Source: Neocallimastix sp. 'constans'
Taxonomy: Eukaryota
Direction: 5' to 3'
Length of the DNA stretch: 64,000 nt
Assembly: GCA_050613775.1 (NCBI GenBank)
Contig: JBODTK010000011.1
Span: forward strand, 806,001 to 870,000
Of the stretch, positions 23,412 through 37,875 are shown in pieces; the stretch's first letter is position 1; the number at the start of each line of letters is the position of its first letter. The translations under genes and the position numbers were made by a program. The notes below the pieces were generated by a model. It was not told the origin of the DNA, searched no databases, and saw only the letters and a list, made by a program, of their open reading frames with translations.

Positions 23412-25461
23412 ATGTTTTCAAAAATTATTAATAAAATTCAAAATCCCAAAAACCTTCTTTACATTATAGTGATACTGTCCATAGTAAGTGAACTTTTTTT
23501 TTGAAACATTGGATTAAAAAAATTAAAAAATTTTATATTAAAAAAAAAAAAAAAAAAAAAAGAAAAATAAACGAAGAGGAAGAAGAAAAAGAAAAAATGG
23601 ATAATAAATATAAAATCTTTTAAATAGATTTAAAATATCAAAATATCATATGAAATTTTTATAATAAAAAAAATATAATAAAATAAAAAAAAAAAAAAAA
23701 ATTTGAATATTAGATATATATAATTAAAAATTATATTATAACAATATAGCTAAGATAAAATTATTCAAAAAAAAAAAAAAATATTAATAATAAAAATAAA
23801 ATAAAATAAAATAAAATAAAATAATAAATTATTAAATTCTTCAAAAATAATTAACAATTATTATTTATTATTTATTATTATTATTATTATTTGTTATTTA
23901 TTATTTATTATTATAATTATTATTTATTATTTATTATTATTATTTATTATTATTTATTATTTATTATTTATTATTTATTATTTATTATAAAATTTCATTG
24001 TGATTATCTTAATTTGCCTATTCTAATGAAATAGATATTTTCATTTGGACATTTGAATCTTTTGGGTATTGGATTTTCTATCTTAGCTTATATGGGATTA
24101 AAAAATGTAAAAATAAAAAATAAAAAATAAATGAATAATAATATTGATTATATATAAATATTCTATTATTACTCACTTTTTTAATATTTTTTTTTTTTTT
24201 TTTTGATATTATTATAAATAATTAAACATTTTATTATCTACACCATTATTGATTTTAATATTATAATGATCTAAATAAAATAAAATAAAATAAAATAAAA
24301 TTTTTTTTTCTTCATTTATTACGTCAATAATCCAATTTTCAATTTTAAAAAAATGATAATTCAAAAAAATGAATATAAAAAAAAAAAAAAAAAATAAAAA
24401 TATATAAAATATATATATAAAAATATATATATATATATACCTATTATTATTATAAATTTTTCCCCAAAAAAATATTATTTTTTTTTTTAGAGGGACTTAT
24501 CTTATATAAAAGCATTTATTGCTTATAATATTATTGAACTTTTATTTTATGGTATTAGCTTTTTCATTTTTGTTATTGTACTCATCTATGACATCTATAT
24601 AATAATTAAAGAAGGAGGAGACATTGATTTAGATGATGATGGTAATAACGATGATGAAATCAGTATTATATTTGGTTTTTCCTTCCTATATACTACGGTA
24701 TCTCTCTGTGTATTAATTATTTTGGCCAAGGTAATTAAAATAATAGTAATAAAAATAATAGTAATAATAATAATAATAGTAGTAATAATAATTATTATTT
24801 TTTTAAAAAAAAAAAAAAGAAAAAAAAATTAAAAAAAAAAGAATAAAAACAATCAAAAAATAAAAAAAATTAAAAATTAATAACAATCACAAAATAAATA
24901 AAAAAAAAAAATTAAAAATTAAAAATTATATTAATATTAATACTATTTTATATTAATTAACAATTAATATTTTTTTTTTATTATCTTTATATCTTATATT
25001 TATTTTAATATGCATATATATATATATTAACTTTTTTTTTATTATTTTTATATATTTATAATTATTATTTTTTTTATTTATATATTTATAATTATTATAT
25101 ATAAATATATATATATATATATTTATTTATTTATTTTTATTATTTTAATTATAATTATAATTTATCATTATTATTATTATTATTATTATTATTTTGTTGT
25201 TGTTGTTGTTGTTGTTATTTTAAATAATATTATTTAAATAAACAGTTTTTTACTATCGAACTTTCCAAAAAATATATTGAAGATGAGCAACGAACAAAAG
25301 ATTTCAGTATTTTAGAAAATGGAAGCATGGAAGAGCAAACAATGGATACGCGTTATTCAAATGATAATAAAAGTAGTGAAAAGCTACGTGAAGTAGCTAA
25401 TGCTTATATTGATAAATTTAGTAACAGCTATAATGAAAATTTACCACCATATAGAAAATAA
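23412..25461 (+). CDS. Four-exon gene for a ~199-aa four-TM membrane protein
   Basis: Exons 23412-23483, 24035-24106, 24491-24730 and 25246-25461, all GT-AG and phase 0. The joined frame reads MFSKIINKIQNPKNLLYIIVILSI|IFSFGHLNLLGIGFSILAYMGLKN|RDLSYIKAFIAYNIIELL...LIILAK|FFTIELSKK...NLPPYRK*. Confidence 0.8.
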
Positions 25462-25523
25462 AAAAAAAAATTTTTTTAATAGAAAAAAATATATATAAAA
25501 AAAAAAAATTCAATAGAAAAGAA

Positions 25524-25585
<62 letters not shown>

Positions 25586-25644
25586 AAAATAAAAAACAAA
25601 AAATAGAAAAATTGATATATTAATAAAAAAAAATTTTAAATAAA

Positions 25645-25675
<31 letters not shown>

Positions 25676-26435
25676 TATAAAATAATATAATATTATATTT
25701 GAAAGAATACAATATTTTATAATAATTTTCATTTAATAAAAAATACAAAAAAAAAAAAAAAAAAAAAAAAAAATTAAATGTACATATATTATTAAAAGTT
25801 AAGTATATATATATACTAAAAAATTTTGATAATATATGTATAAAAATATTATCCATCATTATTTTTGTTTAATCCCATAAATATGACCTTTGTATATATC
25901 TATATAAAAGTCATATTATATTATCATTTTTGGAAAAAAAAATTTTTTTTTTTTATTTTACACCCTTAATAATAAAAATAAAATAAAAATTATCTAAAAA
26001 AATAAAAAAAAAAAAAAAAATTAAAATAAAAATAAAAATAAAAGGAATAATTAAAAGAATAATTAAAAAAAAAAACAATAATAACAGCAATAATAATACC
26101 ATTATAATACCTCTAATATTGCCAAAGAAATATAATTTAAAACAATATATTCAATGGCAATAAATATTATATATGTATTATAATATTAATTAATTAAAAT
26201 TTTTTAATAAATATTTCTATTAAACAATAAAATAAAATAAAATAAAAGATTTATATTTCATATATAAATATATATAATAGTATAATTCAAAATTTTAGAA
26301 AAAAAAAAAAAAAAAATATGATTAAATGGATGAATATTTTTTATTAAAAATATATAATATAATAATATAATATAATATAATATTATATATATTTTACAAG
26401 TAGTAATATTAACAATTTCATAAAATATACAAATA

Positions 26436-26475
<40 letters not shown>

Positions 26476-27299
26476 TTTACTTTTTCATCTTTTTTTTTAA
26501 AAAAAAAAAAAAAGAAAAAATTTTATTTATATGTCCAAAAGTTTTGTGGTTAAGAATTAGAAGAAAAATCCTAATTCAGCAAATAATCTTGAATCTTTAT
26601 TTTAATATTAATTTAGGAATAATCTTTTTTTTTTTTTTTTTTTTTTTTCTCTTAAAGTAATGGGAACATTATATATTCCAAAAAAAAAAAAAAAAAAAAA
26701 TTAAATATAATAAAAAGTAATAAAAGAAATAAAATAGAATAGAATATAATAAAATAAAACATTTAATAAATAAATATATAAAAATAAATAAATAAATTAA
26801 TAAATAAGGAGTTTTTTTCTAATAATAAAAAGTATTATGATATCTCACATCTTAACATAATTTATGTAGGTTTATTAAAATATAAGTTTTAAATTCAAAA
26901 AAAAAAAAATTATTTTATTTTTAACTTTTAACCAATTTTCAGTATGTAAACTTACTTGGATCTCATTAAAAAAAAAAAAAAAATTGATTTACCTTTACTT
27001 TTTCATTTTATATTTTTGATTCCTTATTTTTATTTTTATTTTTTTTTTTTTTTTTGTTTGTTTTTTTAATTATATAAATATCAATATATGTATATATATA
27101 TTTTTGTAATACATATTCATTATCTTATATAGTAATAATAGAAAAGTAAATAATATTAATGGTAATTCTTTTTTTAAAAATAAAAAAAAAAAAAAAAAAG
27201 AAAAAGAAAAAAACTAAAATAATAATTAAGTAAATAATATATTTTTTTTTATTAGTTATTTAACTAATAATAGCAATTTTTTATAAAGGTATTTTAAAT

Positions 27300-27331
<32 letters not shown>

Positions 27332-27587
27332 TAAGTTTATTAATTTATTAATTTATTTATATATTTAGTTAAACTATTTTCTAAACAAATAATTCAGATA
27401 AAAAAAAAAAATTAATGTTACACGAAGTAATGTCAAGATATTTTTATTTTTTTTTTTTTAAAAAAAAAATTTAATCCACGAACAATAAAGATTAAATATT
27501 TGTTTTATGCATGATATAATCATACATCAATAGATCGTAAATAGTTATATTTAACAATTAGTTAATGATATTATTAAATATATAAAT

Positions 27588-27619
<32 letters not shown>

Positions 27620-28198
27620 TTAATTTATTATTAAGGTGTTAAAAAAAAAAAAAAATTTTTTTTATCTGTATCTTTGTTTATCTTTTTTTTTTTTTAAAAA
27701 AAAATATATATATAAAAATAAATAAAAAAGGGGAAAATGATTTAAAACTTTCTATATATATAAAATTTTTATTTTTTACTTTTTTTGTAATATTTTATAC
27801 ATGTAGACAATAAAAGATGGACGTATTTTAATATTATAAATGAATCAATTCCTATTTTATTTTATTTTATATTATTTTAATTTTATTTTTTTTTTTTTTT
27901 TATTTTTTTTATTAATATTATACATATATAATAGCCACAAAGTAATCTAATGGTTAAATACTTAATATAATCAAATTAATAACATTATTATTAAACAGGA
28001 AAAAGAAACATCAATAAATAAATAAATAAATAAATAAAAATAGAATTGTTTTATTCTTTTAATAAGAAAAAGTAAACATAAAAAAAAAATTAAAATAAAA
28101 ATAAAAATAAAAAATAAATAATTTTTGAAATTAATTACTTAAGGAATCCTTTTATCAACAGTTATATCACGTGATATTATAATGATCTCTTTTATCCT

Positions 28199-28250
<52 letters not shown>

Positions 28251-28354
28251 AATTAATTATTTTGAGTAATTTTTAAATGTTTAATTTTAAATATTAAATA
28301 GGGTATTATAAAATAAATAGGATATAAAAATAATAATATATAGTTTTATCATAG

Positions 28355-28389
<35 letters not shown>

Positions 28390-28941
28390 ATAAGGCAGTC
28401 AGGCAGGAAAGAAATTACAAAAGATAAAAATCTTATCCTCTACCCCCCAAACAAAAATCATATTATAAATATAAATTTCAAATACCTGTCAGATTGGAAG
28501 AAAAGCTATTTAATATTCACAAATAAATAAAATCAAACCAAAAAATAAATAAATATTAAATAAAAAAATAAAAAAAAAAAAAAAAAAAAAATCAAACCAC
28601 CTCTCCAAGGAAATAAAAAAAAAACTTTTTTCTTTTTTTTTTTTTTTCAATTAAACTTTAAAAAAAAAAAAAAATTGGAGTTCGACCGACAGCACAGACC
28701 GACCGACCGACCGACCGATCATTTTTGATTTACTTCCCCCCTTCCCCTTCCCCTTCCCCCTCCTCCTCTTCACTGAAAAGGAATGGCCATTAGTAAAGTT
28801 AATAATTAATTTAATTTAATGAATTAATGGTTTCATGGAATATAAATAGCCTTTTTTTTTTTTTTTTTTTTATCCACCATCACCTTTTAGAAGAAGAAGA
28901 ATTCAATCATTTTTATTTTTAAAATTTTTTTTTATGTATAT

Positions 28942-28972
<31 letters not shown>

Positions 28973-29643
28973 TACATAGACATATTAACCTATACTGTTT
29001 ATAAAAAATAAAAGAAAAAAAAATAAAATAAAAAAAAAAAAAAAACATTTTATTTATTTATTTCCCCCAATGACAACACAAATAAGTTAATAATAATAAT
29101 AATAATAAAAAATATATATATATTTATAAATGAATAATAATTAATTTAATAGAAGTAATTTTTTTTTGTTTTGTTTTTGTTTTAAAATATATATAAATTA
29201 ACAACTAAAGTAAAAAAAAAAAAATTAAAATAAAATAAAATAAAATAAAATAAATAAAATAAAATAAATAAATAAATAAATTAATAATTTAATAAATAAA
29301 ATAAAATAAAATAAAATAAAATAAAATAAAATAAAATAAAAATATTATTATAATAATAAAATAATTTAATAAATATTAATTATAAATTATGGATAATATT
29401 AATAACTACTGAAATAATTTTTTTCTTTTTATTATTATTATTATTATTTTTTTTTTTTTTTTTTTTTTGGTTTGTTTTTCTTGTTTTTTTATCTCTTAAT
29501 TCCTTTTATTCTTTGTAATATATATTTATTGGATTCAAAAAAAAAAAAAAAAAATTTTTTTTTTATTGTTTCTTTCATGAATAAAATATAATTTTTGTGT
29601 ATAAAATGGTGATATATTATATAAATTATAAAAAATAAAAAAA

Positions 29644-29682
<39 letters not shown>

Positions 29683-29745
29683 CTACGTCGTGTAAAACCT
29701 CTACTATAAATTTGTATTTGAGTATTATATTTTTTTTTTTTTTTT

Positions 29746-30000
29746 TTAATCTACGTCTTGTAAACCTCTACTATAATTTGTTTTATTTTGAGGGTCATCT
29801 TCTAAATTTAACAAACTATTATTAATTTCTTCTTCTGGTTCTGGCATAATATGATAGATAGAGGATTGACGAACCAAATTAACATAATATTGTTGTAATT
29901 CAGATACATCAGTACATGCTAAATTCCAATCAATAAGGAATAAAAATTCTAATTCTAAAAGATTAAGTTCTTTCACATGAATACCTCCAACTACAGAAAA

Positions 30001-30031
<31 letters not shown>

Positions 30032-32642
30032 TTAAATATAGATACATATCTATTAGTATTAATATATTGTTTTTAAATAAAATAAAAAAAAAAAAAATAA
30101 AAATAAAAATAAAAATAAAATGAAATACATTTAAATAAATTTAAAAAAATATGTTAATTCATTAATAATACATTTTTATTAATTAAATTAAAAACCGAAA
30201 TAAAAGATAAAAACTAAAAATAAAAAATAAAATAAAAAATACATATATATATAATATAATATAATATAATATAATATAATATAATATAATATAATATAAT
30301 ATTATATCATATTATATCATATTATATCATATTATAAATAATATATTATATCATAATCTATAATAAAAGTAAAATAATAAAAATAAAATATATATATATA
30401 TATTTTATGATAAAATTTTTTTATATATACCTTTAGAATAATGTAAATTAGTACATATGGAATCACACATTGCTTTTGAGGCACAAGTTAAGGAAGTAAT
30501 AATAAAACGATGAACCGTTAAAGAACTAATAGTAAATAAGCGATGTCTCTTACAAATACGATCAATATAAATTAAGAGACTAAGCAAGGCAACTTTATCA
30601 ATGGCAGCATATTTCACAATACGTTTTAAATAATCATAGATTGAAATTTCTGGAGCTTTTCTTGAATGAAATCTAGTTAAATTTTCTTTAGTTAGGGTAA
30701 TTTGATCATTATATTTGGTTAATTTTTCAAGCATTTCCGCTATTAAATAAATAAGATGATTCATCTCTACTTCATAAAAGTTCTTTGGTAAATATATACA
30801 ATTATTGGAATTATTTTTGGCTTTTGGGATAGATAAAGTAGAATTATTTAATTTTTTTATTGAATTTAAATGACCATTGCTTACTGCTGCTACTTTTGTT
30901 GACTGATAATTTTCATTCTTGTTCATTACAACTTCCGTCGAATTATTTTGATGTATTACATTACCTTTAGTATTAGCGTTATTATCATTATTATCATCAT
31001 TACTATTATTATTATTACTATTATTATTATGATTACTATTATTATTATTACTATTATTATTATTACTATTATTATTATTATTACTATTTGTATGATTTAT
31101 ATTTGAGGTATATGATTTTGGTGACTGTGAAACGGGATAGGTGGAATTATTAGTATTAGTTGAAATATAGGTATCACTAGAATTTGATTTCCTAGTATTA
31201 TTTTGTTGATATTCTTCATCTGTATTAGTAATATTATCTATACTCATTTTAGAAAGATTCTTCTTTTTCATTTTATACTGAATAGGATCACCAGTGGTAG
31301 TATAATCCATTGTGACCTCATTACTTTCTTTATTTTGTATAGATGTAGGTGCCATGGGAGATAAATTATGACTTGAAGATCGATTATAAAAATTAGAAGG
31401 AATAGGAATTTGTTTTTGTTGATAATTTATTTGAGATTCAAAATTTAAGTTATTTGCTTTATTATTGTTATGGTTACTGTTATTGCTATTATTATTACTA
31501 TTATTATTATTATTATCACGGTAATTATTAAGATGATAATTTATATCAATCACTGATCTATTATTAAAATAGGTTGAAGATAGTTTGGTTTGATTTTTAT
31601 TAATTAAATTAATATCTGAAGGATAATTATTTCTATTATTATAAGTACTAATATAATTATGGGGATAAGGATTATTATGATTGTTAATATTACTACTATT
31701 GTTATTATTATTAATATTATTAATATTACTACAATTACTATTATCTAATTTATTATTTTTATTTGCAATAATATTATTAATACTTTCATTAACAATATTT
31801 TTAGTATTTTTAGTATTATTATTTATTATTCCAATAGAATTAATTGAATAATTTAAATGATTATGAGATGAATGCGAAATATCAGAATTATCTCTTATTA
31901 AACTTTGAGAATTATTATTATTTGTATAATTTAATAAATTATTGAAAGAACTTAATTCTCCACTATTATTGATATCGGGTTCTACTTTTAATTTCTTATT
32001 ATTGGTAGAAAATGGTATGACTTTTAAGGTATTATAATTACTTGTGGAAGTTGTTAAATAATTAATATCTTCGTCCGTAATATAACGTTTTCCCTTACTT
32101 TTACTATATTTTTGATTATTATTATTATTATTATTATAATTATTAATAGATAGATTAGTATTATTAATATTAGTATTAGTATTAGTATTTGTATTAGTAT
32201 TAGTATTTGTATTAGTATTTGTATTAGTATTAGTATTAGTATTAGTATTAGTATTAGTATTAGTATTAGTATTAATATTAATATTAGTATTGGTATTAGT
32301 ATTAGTGGTATTATTAGTATTATTTAATCTAGATATATAATTATTTTTATTTATATCTAAAAAATGAGAATTATTAAATAAATGATTTGTTATATTCTGA
32401 TTTTGATTATTACTATTATTGATATTACTTCTATAATTACTTTTTGTAATATTTTCAATATTAATATTATCATTACTATTATTATATATATCTTTTTCGT
32501 TACTAATTGAATAACTATCTGAATATGAACTATTTGAGTTTAGTATTGAACTATCGTTTTGATTATGAAAAAAAGAATTACGATAATCTTTATTATTGTT
32601 TTTATTATATTTATTAATTTTAAAATTGTTTTCATCGTTCAT
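29746..32642 (-). CDS. Pho80/Pcl-family cyclin with a long Asn-rich N-terminal extension (~818 aa, 2 exons)
   Basis: Exons 32642-30431 and 29990-29746 with a GT-AG intron. Motifs FHSRKAPEISIYDYLKRI, LTVHRFIITSLTCASK and the spliced YSK|VGGIHVKELNLLELEFL are typical of Pho80-like cyclins. Confidence 0.92.
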
Positions 32643-32651
32643 GCTTAAACT

Positions 32652-32682
<31 letters not shown>

Positions 32683-34322
32683 TGTAAAAAAAAAAATAAA
32701 ATAAAATAAATATTAAATTTTATTATTTATTATTTGACTTTTTTCTTTTTTCTTTTTTCTTTTTTTTTTTCTTTTTAATTTTTTTTATATAATCAATTCT
32801 TTATAATAAAATTTATAAAGAATATTAAGTTGCTCTCCTTTAAATTATAATAAAAAAAAAAAAATGGATTTCAAACTTTTTATTTGTATTAAAGAATGTA
32901 TTAAATTGAAAACTAAATATATTTATCTTTTTTTTTTTTTTTTAATTTTTCTTCCTTTTGTTTTAATTATTTAATATATATTATATATATTATATAATAT
33001 TATTGATGACCATATAATGTTGTAGTACAATTTTTTTTTCTTTTAATATTTTTGTAATATTTATCACATAATTATTTATTTCAAAGCTTATTATTTCCTT
33101 TCTTTTATGACGATTTTAATTTCATTAATGTAATAAATAATTTATATTTAAATATTTTTTTTCCTTTCTGTATTAATAAAAAAAATATGAATAAATAATA
33201 TAAAATTAATAAATGTAAAGAAAATATGAATTGATTAGTATTTTTTTATAATATTTTTATAATATTTGATTAATAATTAATAGTAAAATATATATAAATA
33301 TATATCAACAAAAGTGCAAAATATATTACTAATAAAATATTAATGGCATACTATTTTAAATATTTAAAAAATAGTTACATAAAATAATTTATTATTATTA
33401 TCATCATTATTATTATTATTAGTACTCACTTCTTTATTATTATTAATAATATAATTATTTAAATCATTTATACTATATTAATAATATTATTGTAATTATT
33501 TTTAATTTTAATGAACTTCTTTATTACTTATTTTTATTATTATTGTTGTTATTTATTTATTTTTAGTTTTATTTTATTTAGATTAATTTTTAATTTTATA
33601 AATAAATATAAAAAATTGTTATGAAAATGATTTGAAATTCATACTCTAATAGAAATAATAATTATTTAATTTTATTATTTATTTTCTTTGTTTATTTTCA
33701 TTATTCATTGTATGAATTATTTTATTCTTTTTTTTCTATTAGTATTTTTATTTTATGAAGTCAATTTGATAAAAAATAAAAAATTAGAATTTCATTAGGC
33801 TTATTAATATATTATTGAATATATTGAAATATATTTATATTATATTTAAAATATATTCTATTTAAAAATAATTTTATTTTTAAATAGAAATAACTAAAAA
33901 TTCAAATATTTTTTTTTATTTTATACTCTTTAATTTTTATATATTTAATTATTATATATTTATATTTATTTATCTATATTTAATTATTTATTATTGGTAT
34001 ATATATTTGAATATTTTTTTATTAACTATTATAAATTTATTTACTTTAATATATGTTGAATATATTGATTCATATATTAAAATTTTATTTTAAATAAAGT
34101 TAAAATTAAGGGTTAGATGAAATTTATCAAATTTCAAATTTATAAATTTCTATTTTAAATAAATTTATTAATAAATTACAAAAAAAAAAAAAAAAAAAAA
34201 TTAAGACTATTTATTATCTAAATAAATATTATTTTATACTTTTAGTATAAAAAACAATAAATAAATATAAAGTTGTATTTTTTTTTTAAATAAACAACAT
34301 TATATAGATATATAGAAATTAG

Positions 34323-34374
34323 ATATATAGAAATTTCACTTTTTAATATAATAAAAAGTGAAATTTCTATATAT
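34323..34374. repeat. Perfect 23-bp inverted repeat with a 6-nt loop
   Basis: ATATATAGAAATTTCACTTTTTA-atataa-TAAAAAGTGAAATTTCTATATAT. Confidence 0.85.
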
Positions 34375-35011
34375 TTGAATTGAATTGAAATTTATAAATC
34401 AAATTATTTTTTAATTCCATCTTAAAACTAATGTATTAATAATTATAAATAAATAGAAATATATAATAATTGGGTATATCTACTGTTTTTATGAACTGTA
34501 TTGTTTTTTATAAATTATAATATTATTTTTTTTTTTGTTATATTAAAGCTATAAACAATGTTTAATAAATAAGAAAAGAGTTTAACTTTAAAAAAAAAAA
34601 AACATGATTGCATAATATTTTTATTTTTATAAAATAATAATGGTATAATAATAATAATAATAATAATATTTTTTATGGGTTATGCCAATATATTTTGTTA
34701 TAAAAATATTTTAAAATATTAGAATAAAAATATATTTACCTGTACATAATTTTTCCCAAGAAAAAACAAATAAAAAAATTTTTTTTTTTTCATTCTAGGT
34801 ATTAATACTATATTATAAATAAATATATATAAATTTTATATAACCTACCTTGTATATATCTTTATTGTTAGCATATTCAACTAACCATCAGGTATTCTAT
34901 TTTAAAATATTTATAATATCAGTTTTTTTAATAATATATAAGCTATACAAATATTTTTTTTGGTTTTATTTTGCTTTCATATTTGAATAATTTTATTTCT
35001 ATTTTTATTTA

Positions 35012-35045
<34 letters not shown>

Positions 35046-37314
35046 GAACTGATAATAATATAATATATATAAAAAAAAAATTATATATATATATATATAT
35101 GAAAATAATAAAGCTTAATAATACATTAGTTGTATTTTCCCCTCTTTTATTATATATTTATGAACAAATTAGTATAAAGTTAAAGTTATTTTTTAACGTA
35201 TTTATAAATAGTATAAAAATTAACTTTTAAATATTCAAATAATAAAATTGATATATAATTAAAAAATAAAAATAAATAAAATAAAATAAAAAAATAAAAA
35301 TAAAAAAAGATGAGGACAAAGTTTGAATATTTTATACTAAAAAAAAAAATTTTTTTTTTATTATTTCAGTTATTTTCTTTTTTTTATTACTTTTTTTTTT
35401 TTTTTTATTTTTTATGCTTTTTTTATTTTTTTTATTTATTCAATTTTTAATTTAAATTAATTTCATTGAAATCAATTAAAAAAAAAAAAATAAATAAATT
35501 TTATTTAATAATAAAAAAAAAAGTAATAAAAAAAAAAAAAAAAAAATAAAAAATAAAAATTTTATATTTAATATTTAATATGAATATATTCTTTATATAT
35601 TAAAATATATATTAGTAGTTGAAATAAGTTTATTTGATTAATTGTTTTAAAATATATTGTAATATATTTCTCTATATATTTCTTTTTAAAAGTTTTCAAC
35701 ACTATTCTAATTGAATCCTTAATTGAAATATAGTATAATATAATATATTAAATTTAAATATTATAATATAAATACAATATATTACTATATTAAATTATTA
35801 TTTTATTATTATTTTATTATTATTTTATTATTATTTATTTTTTTATTATTATTTATTATTTTATTATTATTCATAATTTCATATTCAATTATTCTCTCTC
35901 TTTAATAAAAAATTATATTCTAAAAATGACTTAAAAGTCAAATAAACATATTTGCAAAAATACAGAAAAAAACTGAAAAAGATCAACATCTTTTGTTTTT
36001 TTATTTTTTTATCTGTATTTTAACATTTTTTTTAAAAAAAAAAATTTTTTTTTAAAAAATTTAAAAAATCATATATAATAATTAAATAATCATAGAATCA
36101 TTGAATAATTATAAATAATAATTGAATAATTATAAATAATAATTGAATAATTATAAATAATAAATGAATAATTATAAATTATAATAGAATAATAATAGAA
36201 TATTAAATAATAAATAATAAATATATTATATTATATATTCAATCTTTTATATTTCTATTCAATGATTATTTTTGTAGGTTTTGTATTATGCTATTTCAAC
36301 TATTATTGGCTGGTGATTATATAGAATAATTGTGGAAAATTTATTTTAAATTTTTTATTTTAACATGAAAATTGCTGATTTCATCATTTTTTATTTTAAT
36401 TTTAACCTTTAGATTGACACGTGATTTAATCGTTTCCATTTATGTTTTATTTTTAGATTTATGACATTATTTGTTATCTCAACACTAATTAAAATTAATA
36501 ATAAAATTAATAATAAAATTAATAATAAAATATGAATAAAATTAATAAAATTAATAAAATTAAAATAATATTAAAATAAAATGGAAAATTTTGTTAAGGA
36601 ATTAAATTCATTGAAAAAGATGAAAGCTAATCTTGGATAAGATTATTGGTTACTCAAAATATGGTAAATATAAATGAAATAAATTAAAAAAACTTTAAAT
36701 ATAAATAAAAACTAACCATTATGTCACATGAAAGTAGACATGTGATTATATTACTCTTTATTCATTTATCACATATTTATATTTACATTTATATTGATGG
36801 ATGATTAAATGGAAAAAAAAAAAAAACATGGATAAAGAATAAAAAATAAAATTTTGAAAAATAAATAATAAATAGATCAATTACCATTCTAATGAACCAA
36901 TAGAATATAGTCATTTAAAGAAATGCTTGAATACTGCAATTCTATTGCTTAAATTGATGGATAACTCTCATTTATAATGTTTTTTTTTTTAAAAAAAAAA
37001 AGAATAAAAGGAAAAGTAAAAAAAGAGGAAAAATCATTTTAACATCATCATTTATTATGCTTTTTTTTTTTTTATGTTTTTTTTTTTTTTTATTTCATAT
37101 ATAATAATAATAATAATAAATAATAATATTCTAAATAATAAATAATAATATTTTAAATAATAATAATTTTTAAAAAGTAAATAAATTAATTATATGTTTT
37201 TAGATAATTAACAAATAATAATTTATATTATATCCATAAATATTATTATATCCATAAATATTATTAATTATGTATTATTGATTACTTATTAATGATTTGT
37301 TAATTATTCAATTA

Positions 37315-37875
37315 TTTATTAATAAATACTCTTTTTATTATTTATTATTTATTATATATTAATAAATACTCTTTATTATTATTATTTATTAATAAATACT
37401 CTTTTTATTATTTATTATTTATTATTTATTAATAAATACTCTTTTTATTATTTATTATTTATTATTTATTAATAAATACTCTTTTTATTATTTATTATTT
37501 ATTATTTATTAATAAATACTCTTTTTATTATTTATTATTTATTATTCCATTATTTATTATTTATTATTTATTAATAAATACTCTTTTTATTATTTATTAT
37601 TTATTATTTATTATTTATTATTTATTATTTATTATTTATTATTTATTATTTATTATTTATTATTTATTATTTATTATTTATTATTTATTATTTATTATTT
37701 ATTATTTATTATTTATTATTTATTATTTATTATTTATTATTTATTATTAAATGCTCTTTTTCATTATTATTTATTATTTATTATTTATTAATAAATACTC
37801 TTTTTATTATTTATTATTTACTAATAAATACTCTTTTTATTATTTATTATTTATTAATAAATACTCTTTTTATTT
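37315..37875. repeat. Minisatellite (~40-bp AATAAATACTCTTTTTATTATT... unit) merging into (TTATTAT)n
   Basis: AATAAATACTC recurs at 37321, 37361, 37391, 37431, 37471 and further on. Confidence 0.88.

Noticed and set aside
19287..24490. Splicing of the 19032 exon to the 24491 exon
   Set aside because: A better gene model, with its own ATG at 23412 and an exon at 24035, explains the downstream exons.
22399..25859. Minus-strand Phe/Ile-rich ORFs (22399-22680, 25418-25732, 25620-25859) and similar ORFs at 54419, 56252, 59069 and 61225
   Set aside because: They arise from homopolymers and AT-rich sequence and have no coding signature.
37315..37875. Regularly spaced repeats resembling a CRISPR array
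   Set aside because: No unique spacers, eukaryotic context and no cas genes; this is a minisatellite.
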